64,000 nt of DNA from the human T2T-CHM13v2.0 reference genome, Homo sapiens (GCF_009914755.1 NC_060926.1), one strand, 5' to 3'; shown: positions 1 through 15,676, counted from the first letter of the stretch. Translations and numbers: made by a program. Notes: a model not told the origin generated them from the sequence alone.

Positions 1-337
1 AGCTGGAGCAACTGTCCACTTGCAATTGTGTCTGTAATTGGTGACCCAGTTGCATTTTACAATCTGGCTAGAAATATCAGTATAATTAGCATATATCTTT
101 CCTTTGGCCTTTCAAAGGGGTATTGCCATCACTAAATTTAAATTCCAGTGGTGAAACCACAGAGAGTGGAATCCTAGCAACTAATTATAAAATAATCCAT
201 TTTTTGCTTATTCTGGGAGTTGATCATAGCACAGGGTTGGCACAGGACCTAAACGTGAGAGATAATTCATCTGACCCAACCACAGTTGCACCCACCCTAT
301 CCATTGGAGGCATTCTTGAACATTTTCTTTAGTATAT

Positions 338-641
338 TTTATTTTATTTTATTTTATTTTTGAGACAGGGTTTCACTTTGTCGCCCAGGCTGGAGAGCAG
401 TGGCACGACCTCAGCTCATGTCAGCCTTGACCTCCCGGGCTCAAGCGATCCTTCCACCGAAGTCCCACAAGTAACTGGGACTACAGGCATCTGCCACCAC
501 ACCCAGCTAATTTTGTATTTTTTTGTAGAGACGTGGTTTCACCATGTTGCCCAGGCTGGTCTTGAACTCCTGGACTCAACTGATCCACCAGACTTGGCCT
601 CTCAAAGTGCTGGGATTACAGGTGAGCCACTGCACCTGGCC
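338..641 (-). mobile_element. Alu (J-like)
   Basis: Dimeric Alu with (TTTTA)n tail; tttagta on both flanks. Confidence 0.93.
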
Positions 642-739
642 TTTAGTAATGTGTTTTACAGGGAAGGACTTTTCAACAAGCTGGATGATTGGCTTGTTTC
701 CTGCAAGAAAAAGTTACATTTCCATCTAAAAAGATGGAA

Positions 740-741
<2 letters not shown>

Positions 742-785
<44 letters not shown>
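742..785. repeat. (GT)22 microsatellite
   Basis: Perfect dinucleotide run. Confidence 0.98.
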
Positions 786-790
<5 letters not shown>

Positions 791-1550
791 ATATGGGAAA
801 ATGTTGGAACTTCCCTATTCTCACTAGAAAGCTTTGATAGATAAGTCAGAAGATATGGAAAGACCTGTATTTTCAGGTATGGAAAATATTGCAAAAGAGG
901 TAAATTGATAGAGTTAAAGGAGGCATGAGAGTGCAGTCTCCTGGTTCTGGAAGCCAAGGCATGGCCAAGCTGAGTCCCCAGCAGAAGGCCTTGACAATGA
1001 CTTTGTATCAAGAAATTCAAGCTTCAAGATATTGAGGGCCCATGAGAACCAGAGCATGTTGTATTGGAACCTACTGCTGCTTTCTAATAAAGGTATGAAG
1101 CTTACAGTGCTACAAAGAGGATTACTGAAATGGTCTTACTTGGATCAATAATTTCTAAGAGCCTGCCCTTCCCAGGCCCTTCTCCAGTACAAGAACTGAT
1201 GTGTTCCCACAAAATAACTTGAATTCAATTCCGGGATAAGCCAGATCTTTGGAGATTATTGGACCACATTGCTTTAACATCTAGTACCTTGTTTTCCAAA
1301 TAAGTGTCCTTGCTTAATATTTAAAAAGATGTTAGTAAGGTTGAAGTAATTATGAAATACATTACATATTACAATCCTCATTTGAAGATTCCTTGTGTAA
1401 ATTAAAGCCTCCAAAGAATCCTGCAGTAAAAATGCAAGTTTAACACTGTTAAATATGGTGTTCCCAAAACATAGTTGGGCACAGAACTCTTAGTGCCACA
1501 TATCTTTGCCACATTATGAGGAATGTGAGTTTGGGAAACATGGATAATTA

Positions 1551-1926
1551 TGTCAATTAAGATGCTTTCAGCTGCTAATAATAGAAAACCCAAAAGAAAA
1601 TAGCTTAATCTAACAGATGTTTATTTTAATCATATACTGAAAAGTCAAGAAGGAGATGACTGCTGTTACTGCTCCAGTGACTTCTGTGGGTCAATAATGT
1701 CAGGGCCAGCATCTCCAACATTCCCTTGTCCCTGAGGACAAGGTGAGGAGGTATAAGGCTGTCAGCAGCATTTCTGCTTTTCATCAAGGTATCAAAAGCC
1801 TTTCAGAAGCCACCCAGCAGACTTCCAGTTCATCCCTAATTCCAACTGAGCTGGAATAGCCTCTATAGTGGAGGCAGGCAAGGGAGAAAGACCTTGGCTA
1901 TGACTGGTGAGTTGGCCAACCTACAG
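1551..1926. mobile_element. Old MaLR/ERVL-type solo LTR (MLT1J/K/L-like)
   Basis: Terminal segment GATGCTTTCAGCTGCTAATAATAGAAAACCC...AGCTTAA resembles an MLT1/LTR33 end; boundaries approximate. Confidence 0.5.
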
Positions 1927-2910
1927 TGCCCTTAGCAATGGTAGAATTACCTTCAGGGACTTGTATTGTGGTTTTATACTTCCAGCTTCCACCAAGAGAC
2001 ACGGTTAGAACTAGTTACATGAAATCTACTGCTTTTATAGTGAAGAACATTCAGTTCATGTTGTTGTTGTCCAAAATAAAAGAATAGCTGTAATAAGATC
2101 CACATGAGAAACTCTTCTCAGGCACAATGCTATCTTCCCCCTCCCATGCTCATTCCAGAGACAACGTTAACCCCTACACAACTTTTGGTTTTATCTTAGC
2201 CCTAGAAGCCACATTCTTGGTGTTGGATGGTTCTCTACAAGGTCCTGCGATATTCTCAACATGCACTAGGGAACTGGGCAAGGTTCTTGTCACTGCTCTA
2301 AAGTCCAGAGATTGATCTCTCCTTATTTGCTTCTGAGCTTTTTCTATTCTTTTTAAACTGTACTTTCCCCAAAAGACTAAAGTATTTACAAATAAAACCC
2401 CAGAGGAAAGTTTCGAGTTTTTCCCCCCATTTTGAGTAAAATAATATATCTCCCTTGAGGCAAAGAAGCACAGCCTTCTGATGGAAAAGGGAAAAATATA
2501 GGCAGAAATGATAAATTAGTATCACAAAGATTGCTTGGCTCCAACGATTATTCAATAAACTCTTTAATCGTAAATGAAAATATTTGGTATTTAATGTCTG
2601 TCTCTCCTGAAAGATTATAAGCTCTATAGTGTTAACACACACTGCTCAAGGACTATTCTGTCACTCACCTTTTGCCAAATTTTCTCTCTTCAAGCCACAC
2701 CCACCTTCATCTTCTTCACTCTCAGCAGAAGACTGGCTGCAATCTTCTTAGTAAAGGAAAAACTGATTAGCCCTCTACTTCACATCTCTATTATCATCCA
2801 CCTTCTTTTTCTTCATTTTTGTCCATGAGAAGAAAACTATTCTTCCTTCCTCTACCCAAGGCTGACCCCTCCATTTTTTGCTTGTGGTCAGTCTCATCAC
2901 TTTTTCTGGC

Positions 2911-3533
<623 letters not shown>

Positions 3534-3745
3534 ATTCAGCGTTTTCTATCATCAATCATCTTGCCCTCTCATGCACTTCAACTGCTGCTTCCATGTGGAC
3601 CCCATCTCTTTGTCCACAAAGATTTTAAAGTCCTCCCCATCCTAAAACATTTTTAAAACACTCTTCAAACTATGCTTCTCTTCCGCTTTTCCCAGATTTC
3701 TTGAAAGAATAATCTGTACTTGTGGCCTCTATTTTCACATTTTCT

Positions 3746-4174
<429 letters not shown>

Positions 4175-4306
4175 TAATTCAGATGAGACTTGTTTCTCCC
4201 TTAGCTTATGACGTTGCACTGCCTTGTCTCCTTCTGGCCTCTCCTCCCATCTTAATTATGCTCATGCTAGGAGAACTAGTTAAACCATCATTGCAATAAT
4301 CTAGAT

Positions 4307-4496
4307 TGAGGTCAAGAAACTAAATGTCCTTATGTCTGCTTTTGTAAATTAAGTTTTATTGGAACATCCTTTGTTTGCTTATTGTCTATGGTTGCTTTTG
4401 CGCTCCAGCCGCAGAGTTGAGTAGTGACAGGGTCTAGCTTGGAAAGCCTGTAAATTTTAATAACTGGCTCTTTATAGAAAAAATCTGCTGACCCCT
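4307..4496. mobile_element. MER58A-like hAT-Charlie element
   Basis: AAGTTTTATTGGAACA...GCAGAGTTGAGTAGT...GACCCCT; 8-bp TSD atctagat/ttctagat. Confidence 0.75.
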
Positions 4497-5038
4497 TTCT
4501 AGATGATCTAGACAATCTAGATCTAGATGAAAGACTGTCTACTAGAAGGAATCAAGAGGGGATTATTATAAAATATATTAAGGAAATATAAGTGATTGAA
4601 GTTAACAACTAATTGGAAAGAGTGCTGTAAGAAAACACAAACTTTTTAATGACATGTAGAGATTTCCAGTTCATGTGTGGGTGAACAGTACTATGTTAAC
4701 TAAGGAAGGTAACATGGAGCAGGAAGTTTGGGTGAGGAGGTGATACCAAAAGGGAGAATATGATCATGATTTTACTTAGAGCTATTTTATATCTGAAGTT
4801 ACTTATATCATATCTAAACCTCAGAACCCAGGAATAAGATCTGGGCTAAGGTGAAAAATTTGGGAATGCATTTGTGTCAGAATAAGAAAATTCGGAACTG
4901 TAAAGGGAAGTGTTAGAATTTAAAAGTTCCAACATATACCAATTTCTCCTTCCTACAGATTAAATTAATTGTCAAGATCTGCACACCATTTGTCTCTCAT
5001 CACACTTCAAATCCTTTACCTGGTAATTCTATCATGTA

Positions 5039-5421
5039 CAGTTGACCCTTGTTATTCCTATGAATCAACTGTTGTTCCACACCTGTGAATTTACCTACTT
5101 GCCAAAATTTATTGGAGCTCCAAAATCAACCTGTATGGTTCTTTTATGGTCATTTGCCGACATATCCAGAGTGGTAAAGAAATTCGAGTCATCAGACACA
5201 ACTCATTCGGAGGTTGAGCAAGATGACAGTCTGCCTTCTTGTTTCAGCTCTCATACTATAGAACAAATGCCCTTTCATGGGCAATTTAGTGTCCTTTTTT
5301 TTCACATTTTCATGCTTTTAATTAGTGATTTCACTATTTAAAATGACCTCAAAGTATAGTACTGAAGTTCTGCGTAGTAGTCCTATGTGCAAGAGGGTTA
5401 TGCTGTGACTTACAGAGAAAA
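5039..5421 (+). mobile_element. MER44/Tigger7 DNA transposon, left part
   Basis: TA|CAGTTGACCC terminus; body resembles MER44; interrupted by the provirus. Confidence 0.8.
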
Positions 5422-6229
5422 TGAAGCAGCCTCGTTGTCTGGGGTAAATACCAAGGTTCTTGGTCTCACGGCCAAGGAAATTGAGGTCGCGGACACACAC
5501 ACAGAGTGAGATTGGAGCAGGAGTTTAATAGACAAAAGGAAAGAACAGCTCTCTGTCACAGAGAGAGGGGTCCCACCCAAGAGGGTTGCTACTCTGGAGG
5601 CTGGGGCAGGAGAATCGCTTGAACCTGGGTGGCAGAGGTTGCAGTTGCCAGGTTGTAGTAAAAATGTCAGGGTTTTTATACGTGGGCTAGTGAGAAAGGG
5701 GGTATCTTATCCTCCTAGGGCCCGAAAATTTTGGGTGAGACCAGGTTTGCTATATGCATAGAGCAGAGTTTCTATCAGCCTTTACCTGATTGCTTCATCA
5801 CATAGGCAGACTTTTAGTGTGTGTTGCTGTGTGCTGCTTTGTGTCGCTTATTTGGGAGGGAGAGTTTCTGTGTCTGTTCCCAGACATTTTCTTGCAGCTG
5901 CAGACATTCCCCCACAATGTCCGCTTCTAGCTTCCCTATCTTAGTGTGCCTAAAGGGAAAGGAATGTGCTTATTAAGGCCCACTGTTTTTACTGGGGCCC
6001 ACTGTATGAGTGTGAAGTTTAGTGATTATCCAGGAGACTCGCCCCCTCCTTCTGTGACCGAGTTGTTTATCTGTGTTTTACAGCCTGACCTGATCTTCTT
6101 ATCTGTCCAGGTACACCCCAAGTTTTTCCCAAGGCTGTTTTATTTTTTGCCTGTTGCTATGTGACTTTTCAGGCAGGCTGCTTCTGCTGTCTGAATTTTT
6201 CCAATGATTTTTCCTTTCCTTCTCTCTCA
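5422..6229 (-). mobile_element. 3' LTR of provirus
   Basis: Direct repeat of 14504-15226; preceded on minus strand by purine tract GAAGAGAGGAA (6240-6230); ATTAAA at 5529-5524. Confidence 0.93.
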
Positions 6230-6569
6230 TTCCTCTCTTCAGGAGAGGAAACCCTAACTGCTGTTAGGCAGATGGGTGTTGATCTTTCTGGCTACTTCCT
6301 GCTGGAGAGGGGAATTGTGTGGGGAACAGCAGCTAGGATTCCTCCAGGGGCTGGTATAAGGGTCCTCAGATGAAACGCATGTTTATACGTGATTCCATTT
6401 GCATTACCACTTGGAGCTTGATAGCCTCTAGGCAAAAAGAAATAATTTGGGTTATTAGGGGACATGTATTAAAACGAGACAAGGAGGGGATAAGCTTAAA
6501 ATCTTGAGGCTGCTGACACTCCCTGATAACTGGTGGCTATAGTTATGCCTGTTAAGATTTGGGTGTATG

Positions 6570-6898
6570 GGCTGGGCACGGTGGCTCACGCCTGTAATCC
6601 CAGCGCTTTGGGAGTCCGAGGTGCGTGGATCACGAGGTCAAGAGATTGAGATCATCCTGGCCAACATGGTGAAACCCTGTCTTTACTAAAAAAAAAAAAA
6701 TAAAAATAAAAAATAAAAAGATTAGCTGGGCGTGGTGGCACACGCCTATAGTCCCAGCTACTCGGAGGCTGAGTCAGGAGAATCGCTTGAACCTGGGAGG
6801 CGGAGGTTGCAGTGAGCCAAGATCTAGCCACTGCACTCTAGCCTGGCGACAGAGCGAGACTCCGTCTCAAACAAACAAACAAACAAACAAACAAACAA
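6570..6898 (+). mobile_element. AluSc-like inside ERV, (CAAA)n tail, expanded linker
   Basis: TSD aagatttgggtgt / aagatttgagtgt. Confidence 0.93.
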
Positions 6899-7344
6899 AA
6901 GATTTGAGTGTTTGGGGCTCGGTTGTGTTAAACTTTCTTGATTTTATCCTTCCAAAGAGATTTTTGGGTTATGGGCACCCTATTTATTCCTATTACCCAG
7001 CAGGATCTGCAGGATAATTGCTTAGAACTAGAATATTGATCCAGATTTTTACATTACCCATTCCTTTTTGTCTCCGTTGAGCCACAGCTGGAGATTGGTG
7101 GTTGGCTCACAGGAATAAGCATGGTTAGTTTAAAATGTAGGCAAAAACTTAAAAACAACTAATGAGACTAGATGTTAATAATAGATTCATGATAAGTTTG
7201 GAACATATTTTCCCTCTTCTAGTCCTCATATCTGTTAAAAACAAATTATGATAGGACTGAGTTGTTTGCAAAATAGACTTTAGTTTTAAACTTGGTTTGA
7301 TTATTTGCATAAAGTGCAACAAGAATAACTATTTTTACATAGGC

Positions 7345-7646
7345 TTTTTTTTTTTTTTTTTTTTTGGAGACCAGTCTCATTCTGTCACCTAGGCTGGAGT
7401 GCAGTGGTGCAATCCTGGCTCACTGAAACCTCTGGCTCCTGGGTTCAAACAATTTTCCTGCCTCAGCCTCCCAAGTAGATGGGATTACAGGTGCCTGCCA
7501 TCATGCCCAGCTAATTTTGTATTTTTAGTAGAGACACGGTTTCACCATGTTAGCCAGGCTGATCTCGACCTCCCGACCTCAGGTGATCCACTCACCTCAG
7601 CCTCCCAAACTGCTGGGATTACAGGCGTGAGCCACTGCGCCCAGCC
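7345..7646 (-). mobile_element. AluS inside ERV
   Basis: Full Alu with poly-T; TSD-like acataggc/acacaggc. Confidence 0.93.
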
Positions 7647-10599
7647 ACACAGGCCTTTTAGATTTGCTTTGATGGAACTTTATTCCACAAGGAATCTTAG
7701 ATAAGATTCCTTTCTAAATCCCAGCCCAGCCATGGGTTTGTACCTTCAAATACCTGTGAGTTGGGTAAACTTCTTTCTTCTTGAGGTTCCAAGAGCATGG
7801 AGTTCCTAGGCCTGTCAGAAAGTGACATTCTTTACTCACCACAGGTTAGGAATCCCGTATGGAGATGGTGTAGCCAAGGAATGAGGCCAGTTTCCCAAGG
7901 GGCTTTTATTGGCTCTGCAAGTCAAGCCTGACTTCTTAAAGGGAAACACACCCTTCCCGTCAAAGGCTTGTTAAAACAACCAGTTTTTCCAATTGTGTCC
8001 AGCTGCAAAATAAAGTGGATTCTTATTGCACTGATGCAAACAACTATATGTTACAACTAGTTTTTAAATTCTGGAGGAACCAGGCAGAGAGGAAACAAAC
8101 ATGCTTGAAACTTTGTTTACAGGAGTATACTTTACTTAGTTGTTAAAGGCTGTAGCTAGCTCAAGACAAGTTTCCTTGACTTTGAAAAATAAAATAAGGA
8201 TCAGCAATGTTCCAAGAATAAATCAAGAATATTGCTTTAATTTTCTATTAGTTCAGTCCGCTCAGTTAACTCTTTTTCTGCTTGATATTTGTAAACGTTT
8301 CAGCTTTTTATGAGTTCTGTACATTTTTTTAATCAGAAATCTGTATTTAAGAGCACCTGTTAAAGTTCCATAACTGATTATAAACTTTTTTTTAAGAAGA
8401 AGAAGATTAAAACAAGACAACAATTCCCTGTAAATGACAAAATGTCCAGGGTGTTTACAGTCAAGAATATGATTGACAAATTTGGTTATTTCCATGGCTT
8501 ACAATAACCCAACATAACAACCTTAATTGTGATTAATAGCACATATTCAGACATTGGAACTTTGGACATCTCTTACAGTTTTGGAACATATGTTGATATT
8601 ATTCCCTAAAATATAACCTGAAGAGTATTAAACATCATTTTGGCAATTCTATGTACCAAACATATTAAACAACTCTGTTTGCCTCTCTTCCAGAAGCTCC
8701 AGAGGCTCTCTTCAGCACCCAAAAGACAGGGGTCAGGAAAGACAACCTTGAGACTAAAGTTTGATTTGGGGAAGCCTGTTAAATATGTTCGAAATTTAAA
8801 ACACTTGATATTATGAAACATAATTTTTAGATTACTCTATTTGTTTTGCCAAAATGGTGAGTCAAAAATTTGAAAAAGCAAAAGCCATTCATCAGCTTTT
8901 TCTATTACATGAAAATCCTGTTCAAGAGAGAAAGTTAAATTTCACCCTTGCATTAGTTTGCTATTAATGTTAACCCTAATTTTTAATGAAACCTTATAGA
9001 CAATCCTACTTAATCTTAACCAGTTTGACCATGAGGTAAGATTTTTACATATCCGTTATAACCCTTGACAAGTTTTGCTAAAGAGTGGATTGGCATCTTA
9101 AGAAAACCTTGTTGTGCTTTTATTCCAGTGTTTAATTTACAGAAAAAACCATATAATACCCTTTTGAATTTAGTTAATATGTTCACACACAGAGTTTCCT
9201 TTGCAAGATTAATGTTTATAATCTTTTTACAATTTGCTGAAACCTTCTGCTTTATTTTAATTTAAGACAATCCTTTGTTTCTGGGCAAAATGTACCTTTC
9301 CATGCCTTATAATCTTTAACAAGAAACACCTTTTACTGCCTTTTTTTTTTTTTTTTTTAACACATCTTGCATGCAATTCCATGTTCGGTAATTTCAACTA
9401 CATGTCATAATGGTAACTCTTAGAAATTTTTACTTTAATGTAAAACCTGGTAGGTTGTTTTAATTATGTACTAGATGCAGATAAAGTTTGATTCCTTTTA
9501 GCATAGTTAGGGGCATGGTTACTTCCATATGTTCTCAGGCCTTATCAAATGTGAAGCAGGCAAGCTGGACAGTTTTTAAAGGCTAAAGAAGCAGTTTACA
9601 ATCTTAAAACATTTAGCAAACCTAGTATCTGACCTGTGTAATTTAGACCACATTTTTACACCTTGAAGTCATTTATATTTTACCAATAATTCTTAAGACT
9701 TTTTTTATTTTTTAAGATTAAAGTCACGTGAACTGAAAGGTACCACAGCTTTTACTTTTTTCTTAAAAATATTTGATTTAAGCACTTATTTTTCTTAGGC
9801 CAATCAGAGCTCTTTTTAAAAAGACATTACACACATAACACACATATAATCACACAGACAAACAGAAGATCCAGTAGTTATATGATTTACATTTGCCAAT
9901 TTCCTAGTTGGATTATTGGCCTCCGGGTGAGGCCCTTTAAGAATAGGACTAGGAATACAATTTCCAGGGCCTAATAAATAGGCATAGCCAGAAGACAAAG
10001 ACAGATTTGGAGAGATACTTATTCCCTTCTAATTCCAGGAGTTCCATGAGGAAAATAGAGATTTTTCCCAAAATGGGATTTGTGGCAGCTTTTCTGTTTT
10101 CCCAAGGAGTCCCAGGCTACCAGAAGTTATTCTAGGGTCTTTCATGCATGCACCAGGAGGGGCAACACGTAGTGAAAAGAGTAATTCAGTTGACTGAGAA
10201 AAAAAAACCTTTTCCAGGAAAACAGATTTATGAAGAGAAAAACGGCCTTTTAAATATATCCATAGCTTGGATATCCACTTTCAATTAAGCTGAGCACTCT
10301 TTAAGACAATCCTTTTTCCTTAATTAAAACTTTACAGAGAATATAAACAGTGATTCTTACCATTTTTTCCCTAGTTTGCACTACTACCTGTTTACAATCA
10401 TGTTTAGGTTCTCCAGTTTTCTCTGGGAGAAAGTGGCTGGGCTCAGGCAAGGGCAGGTTTCAACTGGCCTACAGATCCCTTTGGCAGCAAGGCTTGATAC
10501 TTAAGGGGGAAATTGTCTGTTACCCAGAGCCCTTCCTTAGAGGACAGCAGTCCTGCTATACTGTGGGGGGTTACACAGTTATGTTATTCCCTGTGGTTA

Positions 10600-11250
10600 A
10601 CCCAGTGGCCTCTGGCATCAGCAAAGCCACTGCTGTAACTGCTTGGAGGCAGGCTGACCATCCTTTAGCCGCCAAGTTAAGTTCTTTGCTTAAGTAACCC
10701 ACCAGCTATTGAGCTGGACTTTAAGCCTTAGTTAAAACTTCCAGGGTCGTTTCCTTCATTTTTGATACATAGAGCCTGAATGTTTTCCCTGTGGGAAGAC
10801 TGAGGGCTAGTGTTTTAAGTAAGGATTGCTTTAGCAGGTTAAAGGCTCTTTTGAGCCTCAGGTTCCCAAAGCAGGTGGGGGCGAGTTTTAACTGAGTTTC
10901 TCTTATGAGGTGATATAAAGGGTGAGCCATTTCCCTGTACCTAGGTACTCACAGACTGCAAAATTCAGTAATGACAAATGAATCCCCTTAACTGTTAAAG
11001 GAAATGGGCTTAATCCTTCCTTTATCTGGTGCTCTGGTTCCTTCTGATAAGATTAGACCTAGGTACTTTACTGAAGTTTGACAGAACTGAGCTTTAGATT
11101 TTGAGACCCTATACTCCCTTTCAGCTAAGAAATTGAGGAGAGCCTCAGTGCCTTTCTGAGACTTCTTTGATTGGGGCATGGAGGAGAATGTCATTTACAC
11201 ACTGCAAAGTTGTAACTTGAGGGTAAGAAAAACTAGAAAGATCTTTAGAC
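10600..11250 (-). pseudogene. ERV pol remnant (RT C-terminal half and connection), truncated
   Basis: LQCVNDILL (degenerate YVDD, 11201-11190), LLNFLAEREYRVSKSKAQFCQTSVKYLGLIL, AFNLLKQSLL..LALSLP; frameshifts. Confidence 0.85.
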
Positions 11251-11379
11251 AGAGCCTGTTTCAGCAACTTTATTTTGATATCAGGGGCTGCCTAAGTAAT
11301 GAACCTGTTTCTTATTGAATTGGGAGATAGGGAGGTATATTTTATTCAAGCTTCTCTCAGCCTTTCCAAAAAGGCAGAG

Positions 11380-12590
<1,211 letters not shown>

Positions 12591-13133
12591 CCTAGAAAAG
12601 AGACAAGAGAAGAGGCATTCCTCAGTCTCCTTGTTCTTTTTGGTATGACCCAAGGTAGAGGGGAAGACAATGGGAGCGTCCCCCTGACTGTTCCCCTCCC
12701 TGGTCCCTGGGTCCCAGCACTGTGTGTGCCACCCAGTGGTTGCAGGCATGACCCTCAAACCATGGTCCCAGAGAAGCTAAATAATGGGGATAGTCACGCA
12801 TACCCATGTAGCCTTTGTCCCCTGCCTGGTGATTGCCGTTTGATCTTCCAGACTTGTGTGACCTGCGTGGCTCCTTGATGGGTGAGTCTTGAGAGAGATT
12901 ATGTAACAGTTGCATTTGAGCAAGGTCCTTTAATGGAGGGAGTATACTGGACTGAGCTTCATACTCTACTATTATGGACCGGACTAGAGAATGTATTCTT
13001 AGGTGGCAGTTCTAGTTAACTTCCAGACATAAAATCCCCTTTCTATTTAGATGCCATTCTAGTTGTAGGCGGAATAAGTGTCTCAAAAGAACATAAGGGT
13101 CAATTGGTGGGTGGCCTTCCTGCTAATGGAGAG

Positions 13134-13411
13134 TTGGTCAAAAAAAAAAAAAAAAAGAATTTTAGACCGGCTATAGGAGATATGCTGTTTATCTCTGAAT
13201 GTTTCTGCTGCCTATAAGGCTTTTCTGTGACAGAGTTTGGCTTAAAAGTAACATAGCATCTCTCTCTATGTTAGATTAAACACTTGGGTTAAATTTTGGA
13301 AAGCCTCTATATACGTATCAGGGTCATCAGAAAATCTGCCCAAGCTGTCCAAGTGTCTCTTTATTTCCCTAAGGTCCTGTAATGAGAAGGGAACATGTAC
13401 CCTAGCGGTAC
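13134..13411 (+). repeat. Near-identical dispersed copy of 11814-12086
   Basis: Differs only by poly-A length and one extra CTCT. Confidence 0.97.
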
Positions 13412-14482
13412 ATGTTGAGACTAAAATTTGGTTTTGGAGGACATATTTCTCCTCATTGCTGAAAGCAGAGATCTCCTGCTTGCAGAGGGGGCATAACGTC
13501 GGTCTCTAGCAGATGTAAAAAAGAGAAGAACTGGAAAACTAGAGGCTTTTGGCAAAGGGCATACAAGGTCGCCCAGGGAGGGAATTCTCATCCCACTAGG
13601 TGGCGCTGTAAGCCTTGAAATACCAGGCAGTAACTTTGCCTCCATATGCCCTCTGAACAAAGGACAGAGAGGGAAGTCTGACATGTGGCAAGTTGTTCCC
13701 AGCATACCTCCTAGCAGGAGAAAGTTCATTTGTCTCATAGAGGGGCTATCCAGTACAACTGGGCAGTATTGGCTCCCCACATGGGAAAGGAAACAGCCCA
13801 GGTGGAAAGAGAGATGTTCGCTGGGTGGGGCATGACCTCCTACCCAACCCCAGGAAGTGCTATCATTAGGAGTTAAGTAGTCTTTGAGATCTGGATCATG
13901 AAGTCCCCCTGTCTGTAGAAAGTCACGAAAACAGCAAACTTTGACCTGCATTCCTGATTGCTAAGGTGGTTGCTAAGCTTGCCTAATTGAATTATTTCCC
14001 CGGGATGTAAAAACTCCTACAGCAGTGCATACAGAGACGGCACAAGAGACATGGTGACTGTGGAAAGGAAAGGAGGAAACTAAGGTTCGCATAGGAAAGC
14101 TTGGTGATCCTATGGCCGACACCTGGTTGGGCAATTGGAGGCTGGGGTCAGTCCAGGAGTAGCCCTGGCCAGAAATCCTCAGTTGCTCCAGGACCTCTTC
14201 CAGACCCATGCAATAGCAAAGTTGTGTGTGACAGAAAACTAGTTTGGACAGAGCCAACATTCCCAGCACCATGAGGGCACTGGGGATGGACTAAGTCCTC
14301 CCCAGCAAGCCTCACATTTGAGTCTTTTAAGACCGGCAGCTAGCCCTTGTGGCTCATTAATCAGCAGACAGATACCTTGTTTTTTTGATAGTTCTTTGAG
14401 AGAATAAAAACTGAGGATGAGAAGCCTCAGAAGTGAAAGTAGAGAGTCTGCTCCCTTACCCTTCTGATTAATTCACCTTCAA

Positions 14483-14500
14483 ATCCTGGGCGAGCCCCCA
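14483..14500 (-). other. Primer-binding site, tRNA-Pro
   Basis: TGGGGGCTCGCCCAGGAT, 16/18 match to canonical PBS-Pro TGGGGGCTCGTCCGGGAT, 3 nt after LTR end. Confidence 0.9.
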
Positions 14501-14503
14501 AAA

Positions 14504-15226
14504 TGAAGCAGCCTCATTGTCTGGGGTAAACACCAAGGTTCTTGGTCTCATGGCCAAGGAAATTGAGGTTGCAGACAAACCCACACAGAAACTGGAGCAG
14601 GAGTTTAACAGGTAAAAGGAAAGAACAGCTGTCAGAGAGGGGTCCCCAGTGGGTTTCCAGTAAAAATGTCAGGGTTTTTATACATGGGCTACTGAGGAAG
14701 GGGGCATCTTATCCTCCTAGGGCCTGAAGCTTTAGTTGGGACCAGGTGTGCTATCTGCATAGAGCATGAGTTTCTATCAGCCTTTACCTGATTCCTTGAC
14801 AACCTAGGCAGACTCTTAATCTGTGTTGCTGTGTGCTGCTTTGTGTCACTTATTTGGGAGGGAGAGTTTCTGTGACTGTTCCCAGACATTTTTTTCCAGC
14901 TGCAGGTATCCCCCTCCAATATCCACTTCTGGCTTCCCTAGCTTAGTGTGCCTAAAGGAAAGGAATGTGCTTATTAAGGCCCACTGTTTTTACTGGGGCC
15001 CACTATATGAGTGTGAAGTTTGGTGATTACCCGGGAGACTCACCCCCTCCTTCTGTGCCCCAGTTGTTTATCTGTGTTTTACAGCCTCATCTTCTTACCT
15101 GTCCATGTGCAGCCTGAGTTTTTTCCAAGGTTGTTTTATTTTTTGCCTGTTGCTGTGTGACTTTTCAGGCAGGCTGCTTCTGCAGTCTGAATTTTTCCAA
15201 TCATTTTTCCCTTTCCTTCTCCCTCA
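14504..15226 (-). mobile_element. 5' LTR of provirus
   Basis: Direct repeat of 5422-6229 (5 mismatches in first 70 aligned nt); adjacent to PBS; TATAAAAA at 14682-14675. Confidence 0.93.
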
Positions 15227-15230
15227 AAAA

Positions 15231-15485
15231 CAAGTTAGGTAAGCTTCATTCAGGCATGAATTACAGTGCTATTGCCTGTTAGTTCAATGTTAATGAACCA
15301 ACAATATATATTAAATGTACAATTAAATAGAAATACACAAAACTATGCATTGATCAATTGTTTAAAATGCTATGAACAGAGCCTTGCAGGAACCTAACTC
15401 TGTATTTCCCCTAGGAGCAATGATTAGTAACTAAAGTATGGGAACTTTATAGAACATAACTACCATGAATAATGAGAATTGACTG
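15231..15485 (+). mobile_element. MER44/Tigger7 DNA transposon, right part
   Basis: Continues the MER44 sequence (AAGCTTCATTCAGGCATG...GCAGGAACCTAAC), ends ATTGACTG|TA. Confidence 0.8.
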
Positions 15486-15670
15486 TACCTTAGTCTACAA
15501 CCAGATTATAAATATCTTGAAGAATCTCTCATTCATCTTGTGTGTAACACGTAGTGCACTATAGTGCAACATGTAGTACAGTTAAATTCATTGACATTTT
15601 CTAAAAATTATTCCTTGATACCAGCGAATAGACCTACTTGTTTTCAGATTTATATGCCTTTACAGATATG

Positions 15671-15676
15671 TTTATT
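15671..15676 (-). terminator. Putative distal polyadenylation signal AATAAA
   Basis: tttatt on + strand, the last before the MER44/ERV repeats; a second AATAAA lies at 17455-17460. Confidence 0.7.

Noticed and set aside
719-740. 9-bp hairpin TTTCCATCT/AGATGGAAA
   Set aside because: Short AT-rich stem, expected by chance in 64 kb
1-1300. Possible ERVL/MaLR internal remnant
   Set aside because: Only faint resemblance; cannot be supported without a Dfam search
13421-14272. 176-aa and 99-aa ORFs in the ERV leader
   Set aside because: No recognisable retroviral or cellular motifs; they lie in the non-coding PBS-to-gag region
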